From Blastocladiella emersonii ATCC 22665 (lineage: Eukaryota > Fungi > Blastocladiomycota): a stretch of DNA of 64,000 bases. The position numbers and the translations under genes are program-made. The notes under the pieces were generated by a model. It was not told where the DNA came from, searched no databases, and saw only the letters and a list, made by a program, of their open reading frames with translations. Every line of letters starts with the position of its first letter. Position 1 is the first letter of the stretch. The DNA is taken from contig JANHCV010000004.1 in assembly GCA_025594325.1 (NCBI GenBank), positions 1,798,001 through 1,862,000 of the forward strand, read 5' to 3'. This document shows, piece by piece, positions 40,501-55,200 of this stretch.

Positions 40501-41567
40501 TGCGTGCGGGCGAGGTGGTGCACCCGGGGTTCCTGTGCGCCATCGACGCCGAGTTCGTGTCGCTGCAGGAGGAGGAGGCCGAGTACACGTCGGACGGCGT
40601 GAAACGCGTGACGCGGCCCGCGCGGCTGTCGCTGGCGCGCGTGTCGGTGGTCCGCGGGTCAGGCGCGCGCGCCGGGTCCGTGTGCATCGACGACTACATC
40701 GAGCAGCGCGACCCCGTCGTCGACTACGTGACGGCGTACTCGGGCATCGAGCCGAGCGACCTCGACCACGACGTGTCGACGCGCCACCTCGTCCCGCTCA
40801 AAGCCGCGTACCGCCGGCTGCGGTGCATGGCCGACGCGGGCGCCGTGTTCGTCGGGCACAGCCTCGAGCAGGACTTCCGCATCATCAACCTGGTCGTGTC
40901 GCCCGACCAGGTCGTCGATACCGTCAAGCTGTACCACCTGCCGTCGCAGCCGCGCAAGCTGTCGCTCAAGTTCCTCGCGTGGGCCGCGCTCGGCCTGCAC
41001 GTGCAGGTCGGCAACCACGACTCGGTCGAGGACGCGCGCACGGCGCTCGCCCTGTACAACAAGTACCTCGAGATGAAGGCCGTCGGCAGCTGGGACGACT
41101 TTTTGCTCGAGATCTACGACCTCGGCCACCGCAACGCGTTCCGCCCGCCGCCCGCCCCCGCCCACTCGTACTCGTCCGGCGTGATCGGCGGCGGGTCCAC
41201 CGAGTTTGTGCCCGTCGGCGGCACACCGATGATCCCGCTCGGCATGGCCGGCGGTGGTGCGACTGTGTACGCGGCGGCACCGCCGCTCGCGAACATTCCG
41301 GGTGCGACCATGGCCGCGGTCGCTGCCGCCGCGGTTGCCCCGCTCCACTTCCCGCCGCCGCAGCCGCCGTCGTCGCTCAGCGGGCAGCACGTCGCCGCCG
41401 CCCTCCCGATTCAGCCGCCGCAGATGCAGCAGCAACGCGCGACCCCCGTCCCGCAGCTGCAGCCGCAGCCCGTCCCGGCACCCGTCCAGCCGCAGCAGCC
41501 GCGCGCGCCCAACTTTGCCGCCGTGGTCGCGGGCCGCGCGATGCCGTCGAGCAACCGGTGGGCGTGA
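37571..41567 (+). CDS. PAN2: PAN2 poly(A) nuclease (WD40 + pseudo-USP + DEDD exonuclease)
   Basis: Exons 37571-37699, 37774-37949, 38008-39887, 39957-40145 and 40210-41567. YSRFGVQDFDF, YAGLE...NNYLQALF, WYMFNDFLV, AIDAEFV...LARVSVVRG...IDDYI...DYVTAYSGI...FVGHSLEQDF...HDSVEDAR. Confidence 0.95.
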
Positions 41568-41843
41568 TCGAGAACGAGTCCGGTCGGGTCGTTGGCGAGG
41601 ACGCGAAGAGTACAAGAGACACACAAAACGCCCAAAAACATGATTAAAATCTTTCATCATCCAACCTTCCTGCCTGCGGCGGTGGTCAGGGGTTCGAAAG
41701 CGGGCAGCCAGGTGAGAGACAATTTTGCGGGTGTCTCGCACCGCGTCGCGTCGGCGACGCGTCGGTTGCACCCGCGCGCTCGAGACCGCCGCTTCGCCCC
41801 GCTCTCCAATTCGGAACCCCCACCACCCACCAACATCTTCTAA

Positions 41844-44219
<2,376 letters not shown>

Positions 44220-44265
44220 TCGTCGCGTGGCCGCGGCCATGGCGGCTGGGCGACGGGATCGTGTG

Positions 44266-44323
44266 GGCGACATGATGGCGGCGGGCGACACGGCGGCGAC
44301 ATGATGGCGGCGGGCGACACGGC
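44266..44323. repeat. Tandem duplication, 2 x 29 bp, just 3' of CDKL
   Basis: ggcgacatgatggcggcgggcgacacggc is repeated exactly twice. Confidence 0.9.
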
Positions 44324-45411
44324 GGACGTGGGAACTCGGGCGGCGATTACGGCGACGGTGGGAACACAATCAAATTGGTACGTCCCCATCGTCATGCATC
44401 AGTTGTTGTTGCACACCAGGCTCGGGTGCGGGTTCTCGCGCGCGCGTGCTGTACGGCGGCGGCCCGTGCGTGTCCATTCTTGGCCACGCGTCTCATCTCA
44501 TCTGCGCGGCGCGCCCGGCGACGCTGACCAACCGTCGGATCCCGGGCGCCGCCATGGCGCGTGCGTGCCCTGCGCTGGCACCGGCCGCCGGCCGCCGCGT
44601 CATCGTGACCCGGCCGCGGCCGTTTGCTCGCTCGGTCGGACCACTCAGCGGCGGCCACGGTGGCCGCGGTGGCCATCTCCCGCACGCGCGCGAGCGCGCA
44701 CCAGCGCCCGCGTCGGCCCGCACCAGACGCGTAATCTCGACGGCCGCGGCTGCGACGCGCGGCGCGCGGCCCATGATCTCCGCTCACGAAGCACGGCTAA
44801 CCGGCTCGTCTCCTCCGTCGTCGTCGTTTAGGCGCTTCCACGCACGCGTGCATGATGTGCAAACCGTCGTCGTCGTCGCGGAGTAGTGGCGGCGCGACCT
44901 CATCTCCGACGGACGGTCCGTCGGGCACCGCTCTCGTGTATCCCGTCTCATCTCCGACCGACCCGACCGCGCCTCCCCCGCACGCGATCCCGTCGTCGCT
45001 GTTGTCGCACTTCACTTGTTCCGCTCACGTCCCCCGCATCCCGCTCTGATCCCTGCCCGTCCCTGGTCTCGTGGCCCATCCCAACTGGCTTCCCTTTTCT
45101 TTTTCCGCATCCTCTCTTTCTGGTTTTCTCAAGTTTCGCTATAGATTCCCTTTTGCTTGCTGTACACGATCAGCGGGCGTAGTCGGGAGAGCTCAGGGAC
45201 GCGTGCGACGCGACGCGGCGAACCATCGTTCACGCGTCGTATCCGCGGCTTGGCTCGCGTCGCGCTCCCACGCCGTCGTCGCGTCGCACCCTGCGTCGCA
45301 CTCCTCAAGGTTGCGCGCCTTGGCGGGAAGGGAAAGACAGGGACGCAGCAAAGCCCGTCGCTCGCTACGCACGCGCCGTGTCGTGATGGCGAGTGTGATC
45401 CCGCCTCCGCC

Positions 45412-45734
45412 GGACTGGACACGTTGCGCAATTCGGGCCTCCCCCCGAAACCTGAAAGGCTGGGCGCGTCACGCGACGCGCCGAACCGCAACGCAAGCGA
45501 CCTGCCACGCCTCTCGACGAGCGCCGCACTCGCGACTCCCTGCAAAGTGAGGGCTGAACTTTCAGGCCTCGCTTCCGCGCGTCGGCCGGATGGGGCGCGC
45601 GGCGAAATGGGTGGCAGGTCGCGGCGGCGCCCGCAAGCTGGCGGCGGTGCAGGTCGCGTGGACGCGCCAGCCTTTCAAGGTTCGGGGGGAGGCCCCAATT
45701 GCGCAACGTGTCCACTTGATGAAGCGTCCAGTCC
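45412..45734. mobile_element. ~320-bp inverted-repeat element (MITE-like or long hairpin)
   Basis: Arm 45416-45470 matches the reverse complement of 45661-45714 at about 51/55 positions. An inner 12-bp IR (gcgacctgccac / gtggcaggtcgc) and an outer 9-bp IR (ggactggac 45412-45420 / gtccagtcc 45726-45734) are also present. No TSD seen. The IR itself is certain; the mobile-element call is not. Confidence 0.6.
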
Positions 45735-47052
45735 CGAAAAATTGGCACGAGGGCGAGTTTCAGGCCGGAGCAGGGATAATCTGTGGTGGCGCCCGCGCGG
45801 GTGCTGCGGAGTCCCAGCCCGCTGCAAACGGGCCGATGGTTCAGCTCCATTGGTTGGACGGGTTCCAGAAACCGCACCGCGAGATTTGTTGCACGAGGTC
45901 GTCCGGCCATCGACGGGTCCATTGCGGACGCGGCCGGGACGCGAGCTCGCGACGAGTGGGATCAAGCGTCGCATCACGCCACTCGTCAGGCGCGTTGCAT
46001 GCAAGATTGCAAGGTCGCAGGCAGTGCGATTGTCCCTCGAGACCTCGGTCTCGTTGCCGTGTTTCTCGAGATGTTATAATACAGACGAAGATTCTCCTCA
46101 ACGACGCGCGCGGTGTCGCATCGGATGAGTCCCGCAGCACCAAGCCACAATTATCACGCGGTCCAGGCCCCAACGGCGAGGCTGATGTCGCATCTCGTCG
46201 CAATATGGTGCTAGCCACCCGTCGTGGAACACCGGCGCCGTGGACCGTCAGGCGAGCCAGGCAGCCCCTCGGGCGCGCTGCGGACTCCTCTCCCTCACAA
46301 GGCCCCGGTCCAAAATTATATCAACCACAGCGTCCTCCAACGGCAAATCCCATCAAGCTGCCTCCACGGCCCGCCTCTCACGCACGCGCGCGCGCCCTCC
46401 CCGTCTCCGACGCCGCCGCCACCATCAAGCACGAGGCCAACGACGCTGTCGAGCGGATCTGGCGGTAGATCCCCACTCCCATCTCCTCTTCTCTTCCTAC
46501 ACGCATCCCTAGACGCCCATCCACGTTCGCCCGCCTCATCACGCGGCACCGTCGACTGTTTTTACCCCTGCTCCTCCTCTCCCTCGTCGCCCGCGCCGTG
46601 TGCACCGGCTTGGATTCTTCCGGGCCCCGCTCCCACGCCTGCACGCCTTCCCCCGCACGGACCTGTGTGTGACCGTGACCGTGTGCTTGCTGCTGCTCGG
46701 TGCTACTTTGGCCGGCCCTCTCTCTCCGTACCCGTCCTCGCTTGGTCCAACGCGTCGCGTTGCCGTCCATCCATCCTCTCTCTCTCTCCCTCGAGGCCGA
46801 TCGCCCTGTGTGATCTTCCTTCCCTCCCTCGCACGCGCCCACGCCCGCCCGCCGATCCTCGACTCGGACGACGCGCCGTTGCTCTGCTGCACCCCTAGCT
46901 CCCACGCCGCTTCCCCGCACCGCTGGCCAACGTGGGTCCCCACCCGGCGTCTCCTCTCCGTTCGCTCTCCCCTTCGCACGGACTTCCCTCGGTCCCCGCT
47001 CTCCCCCACCACCACCCGCGTCCCACGTCCCCCGATCTCGCTTGTCACCGCC

Positions 47053-49522
47053 ATGGGCCGCCGCAAGATCAAGATCGAGCGCATCACCGACACGCGGTGC
47101 CGCAATGTCACCTTCCACAAGCGCAAGGTACGCATCCCTCTCGCTCACAGCTCCTCCGATCTTCGCTCGCTCACACCCTCCGCCGAATCTAGCTCGGAGC
47201 CATGAAGAAGGCGTACGAGCTGTCGGTCCTGTGCGGCGCCGACGTGGCCTTCATCGTCCTGTACGACGGCAAGGCGTCGCTGTACTCGAGCTCCAACCTC
47301 GACAGCATCCTGGCCAGGTTCACGGCGCACCGCCGGTCCAAGCCCGTCGACGTGCGCACCAACCGCGAGGTCCGTCCGTTCTCCTTCTCTCTCCCTCCCT
47401 TGTCCTCCTCCTTGCACATCATCGCCGTCGTCGTCGCCATCGCGAGCGATCCCGCAGAGTCTATTTTCGGCGCTAGAATCCTCCGCCTCCCCGCCTCTCG
47501 AAACACCTCACGCGACGCGCGCTGCGACACGTCCCGTTTCCGATGCGGCGCCGGCGCCGGGCCGTTCGTTTGCAACACTTCGGCTGCGGCCGGGACGGTG
47601 GTGGCTGAGGCGCGGCGCGCTCGCGCGTCCATGGTTCGCCGACCGCAACCAGCTCCACTCCACCACTGCCCTGATCCCGACCCCCTCGAACACCGCGACT
47701 GACCCTCAACCACACTCTTATCATATAGTTTGCCGCGCTGTGCGCCAAGGGCGACGGCGACGAGGCCGACGGCGAGGCGGCCACCGTGACGCGCGACCCG
47801 GACGAGGAGCAGCAGATCCTCGCGCCGCTCGATCCCGCTACCGCCGCCGCCGAGGCCGGCAGCCCCAACGGCAATGCAGGTCATGCCGCCCCCCTCCACC
47901 ACCACCACACGTCGCCGCTGCTGCCAGTAGGCGTCAACCTGACGGGCCCACCGACGGCCGCGGGGGCTGGCGCGATCCAGCTGTCGCCGCTCGGCGGCCA
48001 CGGCCCGCACGCGCACGGCGTCATGCCGCCCATCAACACCGGCGCCGTGCACCTGCCGCCGTCCGCGGGCCCGCTCGGCGGCGGGAGCGCGAGCGCGTAC
48101 GGCGTGCCCTCGCCGCACCAGCACCCGCAGCAGCTTCACCAGCACGCCATGATCTCGCCGAACGGGACCGGTCGCGCGGGCCCGGTGCAGCAGGTGATCA
48201 TGCACCACAGCGGCGCGGCAGCGGCGGCGGCAGGGATGCACTCGCCGCTGCAGCTGCCGCACCCGGCGTCGTCGGTCCCGCTCATGGTGCAGCTGCAGCC
48301 GCAGCACTCGGGCCACGGCGGCATGATCCAGCCGCAGCACTCGGGCATGATCCAGCCGCAGCACTCGGGCGGGCACCCGCTGATGCCGCAGCACTCGGGC
48401 GGCGGGCCCATGGCGGTCACGGCGCACAACAGCGGCGCCGGGATGGGCGCGGTGCACTCGCCGATGCAGCTGCCGCACCCGCCGATCCCGATGCAGAACT
48501 CGGGCAACGTCGTCGTGCACCTGTCGGGCAGCATGGGGTACCAGATGCAGCCGGCCGACGGGTCTTCTGGGATGCACGTCGACGCGATCGCGCCCGCCGC
48601 GTCGGCCTCGGTCGGCTCGCTCGTGCCCGTCCACACGACGTTCCTCCCGCACTCGTCCTCGTCGTCGTCTTCGTCGAGCTCGCTGCCGATGGACGCGGTC
48701 CGGCAACCGCTCGCGCCCGTCGTGGTCCACCAGAGCGGACCCGCGCGGTTCCATCACCACCCGCATCAGCAGCAACCGCAGCAGCAGCAGCACTACCACA
48801 ACGGCGGCGGCGCGGATCAGTACCAGCAGCAGCAGCACCACGGGTACCAGCATCCGCCGCAGCCATCGCAGTCGCACCACCAGCAGCAGTATCAGCACCC
48901 GCAGCAGCTACCGCAGATCGCGCACCACTTCACGGGCGACGGGCCGTCCGCGCACCACCAGCACAACCACCACGCGTCGCCGATGATGCCCGGCAGCGAC
49001 ATGCAGCAGCAGCCGCACGACCTCCCGCCGTCGTCGCACGCGCTCGCGTCCGCGATCCCGACCATTGCGAGCAGTCTGCCGCGGCGCTTCTCGGTCCAGC
49101 ACGGCGGCAACGGCAACAACGGCAACGGCGGCGCGCCGTTCCGCGTGCACACGCGGGTCCTGTCGCATCCGCCATTGCGGATCGAGATCCCGAACAGCAC
49201 CCCGGGCATGGGTCCGCCGTCGCTGCCCGCATCCGCGTTCCCGACGACCGCCGGCGTCTCGCAACCCGCGCCTGCGGCGTCCGCGTTCCTGACGTCACCG
49301 ATGCGCACGCACTCGGCGCTGCTCGCGCCGCCCGAGTCGTCGGGAGCACCCGTAAACGGGCTGCAGCCGGCCACGTCCAACGGCGGGAGTAGCGGGACGA
49401 CCATCTTCACGCCGTCCATCTTCAGCCCGAACACGGCGGCGCTGTTCCGGTCGTTTGGCGACGCGGGCAACGGGGCGAGTGGTGCTGATAAGGCGGCGCA
49501 CCCGCTCGGCCAGTCGCTCTAG
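47053..49522 (+). CDS. MEF2-type MADS-box transcription factor (Rlm1/Smp1-like) with a long His/Gln/Pro-rich tail
   Basis: Exons 47053-47127, 47193-47369 and 47729-49522. MGRRKIKIERITDTRCRNVTFHKRK|LGAMKKAYELSVLCGADVAFIV...YSSSNLDSILARF. Confidence 0.92.
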
Positions 49523-50067
49523 CATCAGCTGCCGGCGGTCAACACGTCTGCGGCCACGGCGCTCGGTCGTGGTCGCGGCCGTGGTTGATGTCCGCCTGCG
49601 GCGTCGTGCCGATGATCGAAACCAGTTCCCCCTCTTCTCACTCTCCACCACTCTGGCGTGCTCCTCTCCCCTGTTACCAAACCCCCTTTGTTGTTGTCTT
49701 TCGTATCTGAATGGATCCATTGCGAGTTCACGTTGTTGGTCTGGTTGTTCGTTGCGTCAGATCATGGCGGGTGAGGTGCCACGGGGACATGCGCGCGGGC
49801 GCGTGCGCGTGTGGGTGGCGCACGCGCGTGCCGAGCGCCACTCGAAAATTGCGCCCGTTGCTCGCTGATGTCGTCCCGATGCGCTCCTTCGCCCTCCCTC
49901 CCTCCCTCCCCAAACATCATCTTTGCGAGGAACGAAGCGAAGCGAGGCGACCTGCAGTTGACCAACGACTACAGCTGCACACGTCGCCCTCCCCTCTCTC
50001 CAGCACCTTGCAACGTCGCAGAACCAGCAGCATCAGCACCATCTCGCATTCGTCAGCAACAGCACAC

Positions 50068-51967
50068 ATGGAGCGCCCACCCCGCCGCCCCCGGGACCCG
50101 TCGCGCGGCCCGCCGCCGCAGCTCGCCCCCCGCGGTGCGGGACCCGACGAGTACATGTCACTGCCGCGGCGCCAGCGGAGCCCGTCTCGCTCGCGCCCGC
50201 CCGCGCGCCCCGACTACCCGCACCACCAGTACAGCGCCAGCGACGTCGGCTCGCCCGGCACCCTCGCGCCCATGCCGCCGCGCCCCGAGCGCACGGGCAG
50301 CGGTTCCAGTCTGCCCGTCGCCGCCGAGCCCGCCGCGCGCCCACGCCGCCCGACGCGCCCACCTGCCCGCACCGGCCCTGAGGCCCCGCGCACGGCGTCG
50401 CCGGCACCCGCGGCGTACGACCGCGACGCGCGCGCGCCGGTCCCGCCCGCACGCAGCGAGCGGCGCACGGGCCGAACTGCTGCGGGGTTGTCCCCGGCCT
50501 CGGCCGCGGGTGTGGAGACGCCCCTCCGCCGTAGCCGCGACCGGTCGGCGCCGCCGGCCATCGAGCTCAACGCCAAGAAGACCATCGACTACCGCGTGTC
50601 GCGCGTCGCCATCCTGTGCCGCGACTGTGGCCAGGACGTCGGGTTCTACCCGGCGCGCCACCGGTGCGGGTTCCCCAACGTCGACGAGGACGAGGCCGCG
50701 GCGCCGCCCGTCCCGCCCGTGCCGTCTGGCTCGCGGAGTGCCGGTGGGGATACGGCGCCCGCGGCCGAGGGCGGCGCGGCGGCAAGTGGATGGAACTCGC
50801 TGTGGTCCAAGTGGACGGCGACCACGTCGCGCACGTCGAGTACGGTTTCTCTCTCGTGAGTTTTGTGGGTGGAACTGACATGCCGCGATGGTGGTGTAGA
50901 CGACAGCGGCCACGCAGCGTCGCCGTCGACGCCCGGTAACAACCGCGACTCGAGCGGGTCGGCCGGCGACTCGCAGGTCGGCAGCACCGTGAGCGCGCCG
51001 GCCACCACGTCGGCCGCCGCCACCTCGGCCGCGACCGAGAGCATGTGGAGCGTGTGGAACAAGCTCAAGCAGCAGGTCACGGCGGCTACGGCCGGCGGTA
51101 AGGAGACGGACAGTGACGGTACGCTCTCCATCCCTCCCGCTCGACACGTCGACTCTTGACTGACGGCTCGGCGCCCAACCTGCCGCGTGCAAAGACTCAG
51201 ACCCCGAGGAAGTGTCCAAGGCGCTGCGCGACTACTACGCCAAGAAGGGCGGCCCGATGCCCAAGTTCCTCGAGGAGCAGGCCAAGGAGAAGCCGCGGGC
51301 CGACGACCTCGACCGGTTCGAGGCCATGACCCTGTCCCGCGGCGGCGGTGGGAACCGCGGCAGCGGCGGCAGCGACCAGCCTCCACGCGGTGGCGGGTAC
51401 GACGACGCCCCCCGGTCCCGTGGCGGGTACGACGACGGCCTGCCCCCGCAGCGCCCTTCGCGCAGCGGTGATGCTCCGCGTTCCCGCGGCGGCTACGACG
51501 ATAACCTCCCGCGGCGGTACCAGGACCCGCAGCCGCAGCAGCCGCCGCGCCGGTACGACGAGCAGCGCCCCTCGTACGACGCGCCCCGCGGTGCTCCCTC
51601 GCCCGCCGACTCGGGCTACTCGACGCCCGACCGCCACCGCCGCCCGCCGCCTCCCGCTGCAGCCGGCGACTACGGCCGCCCGCGCGCACCGGTCGACGAC
51701 GACTGGGGCGCGCCGCGGCCGCAAGACCGGTCCATGGCGCGGTCGCGCGCGCGGTCCGCCGGCCCTTCGCGCGACGCGTATGGCGGGCCTGCCGGGACCA
51801 CCATGACGCTCGGCCGCCGTGGCGCGCCGGATGCGATGGCGCCGCCGCCGGGTATGGACCGTTATGGCGGAGGTGGGTACCGCGATGATGGGTACCGCGG
51901 CGGGAGCGAGGTCGGGATGGCCGCGGCGCCGAACCCGGGGTACATGACGACGGGCCGCCGGCGTTGA
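50068..51967 (+). CDS. Mso1-like (Sec1-binding motif) protein with an N-terminal Cys/His finger and RGG/YDD-rich tail
   Basis: Exons 50068-50839, 50900-51118 and 51195(or 51201)-51967. CRDCGQDVGFYPARHRC, then WSVWNKLK...ETDSD(DS)DPEEVSKALRDYYAKKGGPMPKFL, which resembles the Mso1 Sec1-binding motif (from memory). Confidence 0.65.
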
Positions 51968-52234
51968 TGAGGAGAGGATGGGAAGTTACACTTGTACAAG
52001 CTTGATATATATTGCAACCTAGTCACGGAGCGCGGTCACGTTAGCATGAGTGGCGCGGCGCCACACGCGTCTCTCCTCGCCGAGCAGCGCGCCACCGTCG
52101 CCGCCCGTCTCCGCCCCCCGTTGCCCGCCGGATCACGACCCAGCTTAACGCCGTGCCAACCACGACTCGATGCATCTCTGAGCCCGCAGCCGCGGCACCG
52201 TGACTCTCGCCCGAACGAACCCACCCCCGCTCGT

Positions 52235-55200
52235 ATGGCGCCGTCCCCGCTCCCGGCGAGCGCACCCGGCGCCGTCGGGGACATCTTCGACAAGGCCCTC
52301 GCCGAGTTCCCGTCGTCGTTCAGTAAGAAGAACCGGGACCTCGTCGAGGGGTTCACTGCCCTGATCAAGCGCCTCGATGCGCTCCAGGCGGCCGGCGGCG
52401 CGCTTGCGCCCGCTTCCTCTTCGGCGAGCGATGGTGCGGCGGAACCACCCCGTCTCTCAACAACAACCGGTCCTGATCCACCACCGTTTAGTCCCCGTCG
52501 ACGCCCCCGTGACGCCGCTCGACCTGTGGGCGCCGCTCCGCCGCGTCCTCGACGCGCGCCACCCGCCGCGCGTGCGCGAGATGGCGCTCGACGCGACCCA
52601 GAAGCTCCTCGCCCTCTCGCTGCTGCACGGGCCCGGCCCGACGCTCGACGAGGATTTTACGCTCGTCGACGCCGCCATGGCCACACCGACGCCGTCCGCG
52701 AGCGTGCCGCCGCTCAGCGCGTCGCCGCCCGCGCAGTCGTCGTCGTCGCCTGCGATGATGGGCGAGGCGGCCGCGATGCTGAGCGCGGATCCTGTCGACA
52801 TCACCAAGTCGCCGCGTATGCGCCCCGACGACGCTGCCGCGGCGGAAAGCGCGTCGACGCCGTCGATTCTGCCCGGCGGGATCCTGTCGCCGCTCGAGCC
52901 GGGCGCCGTGACGATCGGCGGCGCCGCATCCACCACCGCGGCCCCGCCGACGCCGTCGCTCATCGACGACATCATCGCGACGGCGTCGGTCGCGTACCTG
53001 CCCATCTCGCAGAACGTGAGCGCCGAGGAGCCCGTGCACATCCAGGTGCTCAAGGTGCTGCTGACGGCGTCGACGCTGTCGAGCCTCGTCGTGCACAACA
53101 TGGCGCTGCTCAAGTCGCTGCAGACCTGCTTCAACTTCTACCTCTACTCGCGCAACAAGAACATCGTCACCACGGCGCGCGCCGCACTCACCCAGATCCT
53201 CTCGTCGGTCGTCGCCAAGGTCGCTACCGACCCGCACCCGCAGAGCGCGCGCGACGCGTATATCTCGGTCCGCGCGCTGTGCAAGCTCGCGTCCAAGACG
53301 TTTGCCGAGCCCAACGGCGGTGGGACGGGCGGCAGCGGGAGTGGCACGGCGGCGGGCGACACGTCGTTCACGGTGCGGTGCCGGTCGCTCGCGCTCGAGC
53401 TGCTGTCGTCGGTCATCAACCAGCTGACGCAGGCCAAGTCCCCCGCCGTGACCGAGATCCTGGCGAGCCAGACGGCGGACCTGTCGGTGGCCATCTCCAA
53501 GAACGCGACCTCGTCCCACACGGGCCTGTTCGAGAGCTCGCTCGCGCTCTTCGTCATGCTGCTCGTCCACTACCGCCCGCTGTTCAAGTCGCAGATCGCC
53601 GTGCTCCTGTGCGACGTCTACTTCCCCGTCCTCGCCGGAAACGCCTCGACCCACCACAAGCAGCTCCTCCTGCAGAACCTCGTCTACCTCGCCAACTCCC
53701 CGCAGCTCCTCGTCGACCTCTACGTCAACTTCGACTGCGACCTCGGCCAGCCGTCCTGCCTCGAGGAGTTCCTCGCCGCGTGCTGCTCCCAGGCGAGCCC
53801 GCCCCTCGCGCTCCTCTCGACGGCGGCGATCGAGGGCGCCCTCAAGTCGCTCACCGTCTGGATGGCGCGCGAGGCACCCGCGGCGCCCGCGGCGTCGGTC
53901 GAGGCGCTCGGCTCCTCGCCAGTCTCGGGGGACGCGGGGGCAGTGTCCCGCCCGTGGTCGCCCGACGAAGATGCGGGTGCAATCGCGTCGCGCTCGGTCA
54001 CCGACATGCTCGGTAACGGGTCCACGGCCACCGCGTCGGCCGCTGCTGCCGTGCTCACCGCGTCGGTCGGCTCGGGCGCGGCTGGCCCGGCCTCGTCGAC
54101 GCCCGGCAACGCGGGCAGCACGCTCAGCATCGACGGCTCCGTTGCGCCGACCGACGGCACGGCGACGGCCGCGGGTTCGGCGACACCCGCGCCGCTCCAC
54201 GCCGTCGTGACGGCCGCCAGCGAGCTCTTCCACGGCGGCGGCGGCGGGTCGGGGACGCCGCGGCAGCACAGCGGCGGCAGCGACGAGCACGGTCGCGCGG
54301 CCGAGGAGGTGATCATCGCCAAGAAGATGCACACCAAGCACGGGCTCGAGCTGTTCAACCAGTCGCCGAGTAAGGGCGTGGCGTACCTGACGGCGTACGA
54401 CGTGGTGGCGGGCAAGGACGCCGACGCGACGGGCGCCGCGCTCGCGCAGTTCTTCCACGCGAACCCGCCTAACAAGACCAAGCTGGGCGAGTTTCTGGGC
54501 GAGCTCGACCAGATCCACGTCATGCACGCGTACGTCGACGCCATGGACTTCCGCGGGCTCGAGTTTGTCGACGCGCTGCGGTACTTCCTGTCCGGGTTCC
54601 GCCTCCCCGGCGAGGCACAGAAGATCGACCGGTTCATGGAGAAGTTCTCGGACAAGTACTGCGGCGATAACCCCAACATCTTCTCCAACGCCGACACCGC
54701 CTACGTGCTCGCCTTCTCGGTCATCATGCTCAATACCGACCAGCACTCCAAGCAGGTCAAGAAGCGCATGTCCAAGGAGGACTTTGTCAAGAACAACCGC
54801 CGCATCGATAACGCCGCGGTGCTCACGGACGACTACTTTGAGAAGATCTACGACGAGGTACGCTTTCTGCGAGTGTGGATCCGTGGCCGGACACTGACGC
54901 TCGCACCCGCACACCCGCGACGTAGATCAAGTCCAACGAGATCCAGCTCGACGAGGAGCCCGAGCTCGAGGTGACCGAGGACGAGGACCAGCGCAAGGAG
55001 CTGTACAAGCGCGAGAGCCAGGTGATCCAGAAGCGGTCGCAGCAGAAGATGCGGGGCGCCAAGGACGTGACGGCGTGGAAGACGGCCGAGCTGCCCGACT
55101 ACTCGCGGCTCATCTACCAGGGCGCCCACGCCATGGTCGTCTCCTTCCTCGTCGCCAACAAGAGCCACACGGGCCTGCGGTACTGCGTCCAGCTCGCCAC

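Noticed and set aside
47459-47470. CTATTTTCGG in MADS intron 2 as an autoregulatory MEF2 site
   Set aside because: It matches only 8 of 10 positions of CTA(W)4TAG, which is too weak without conservation data.
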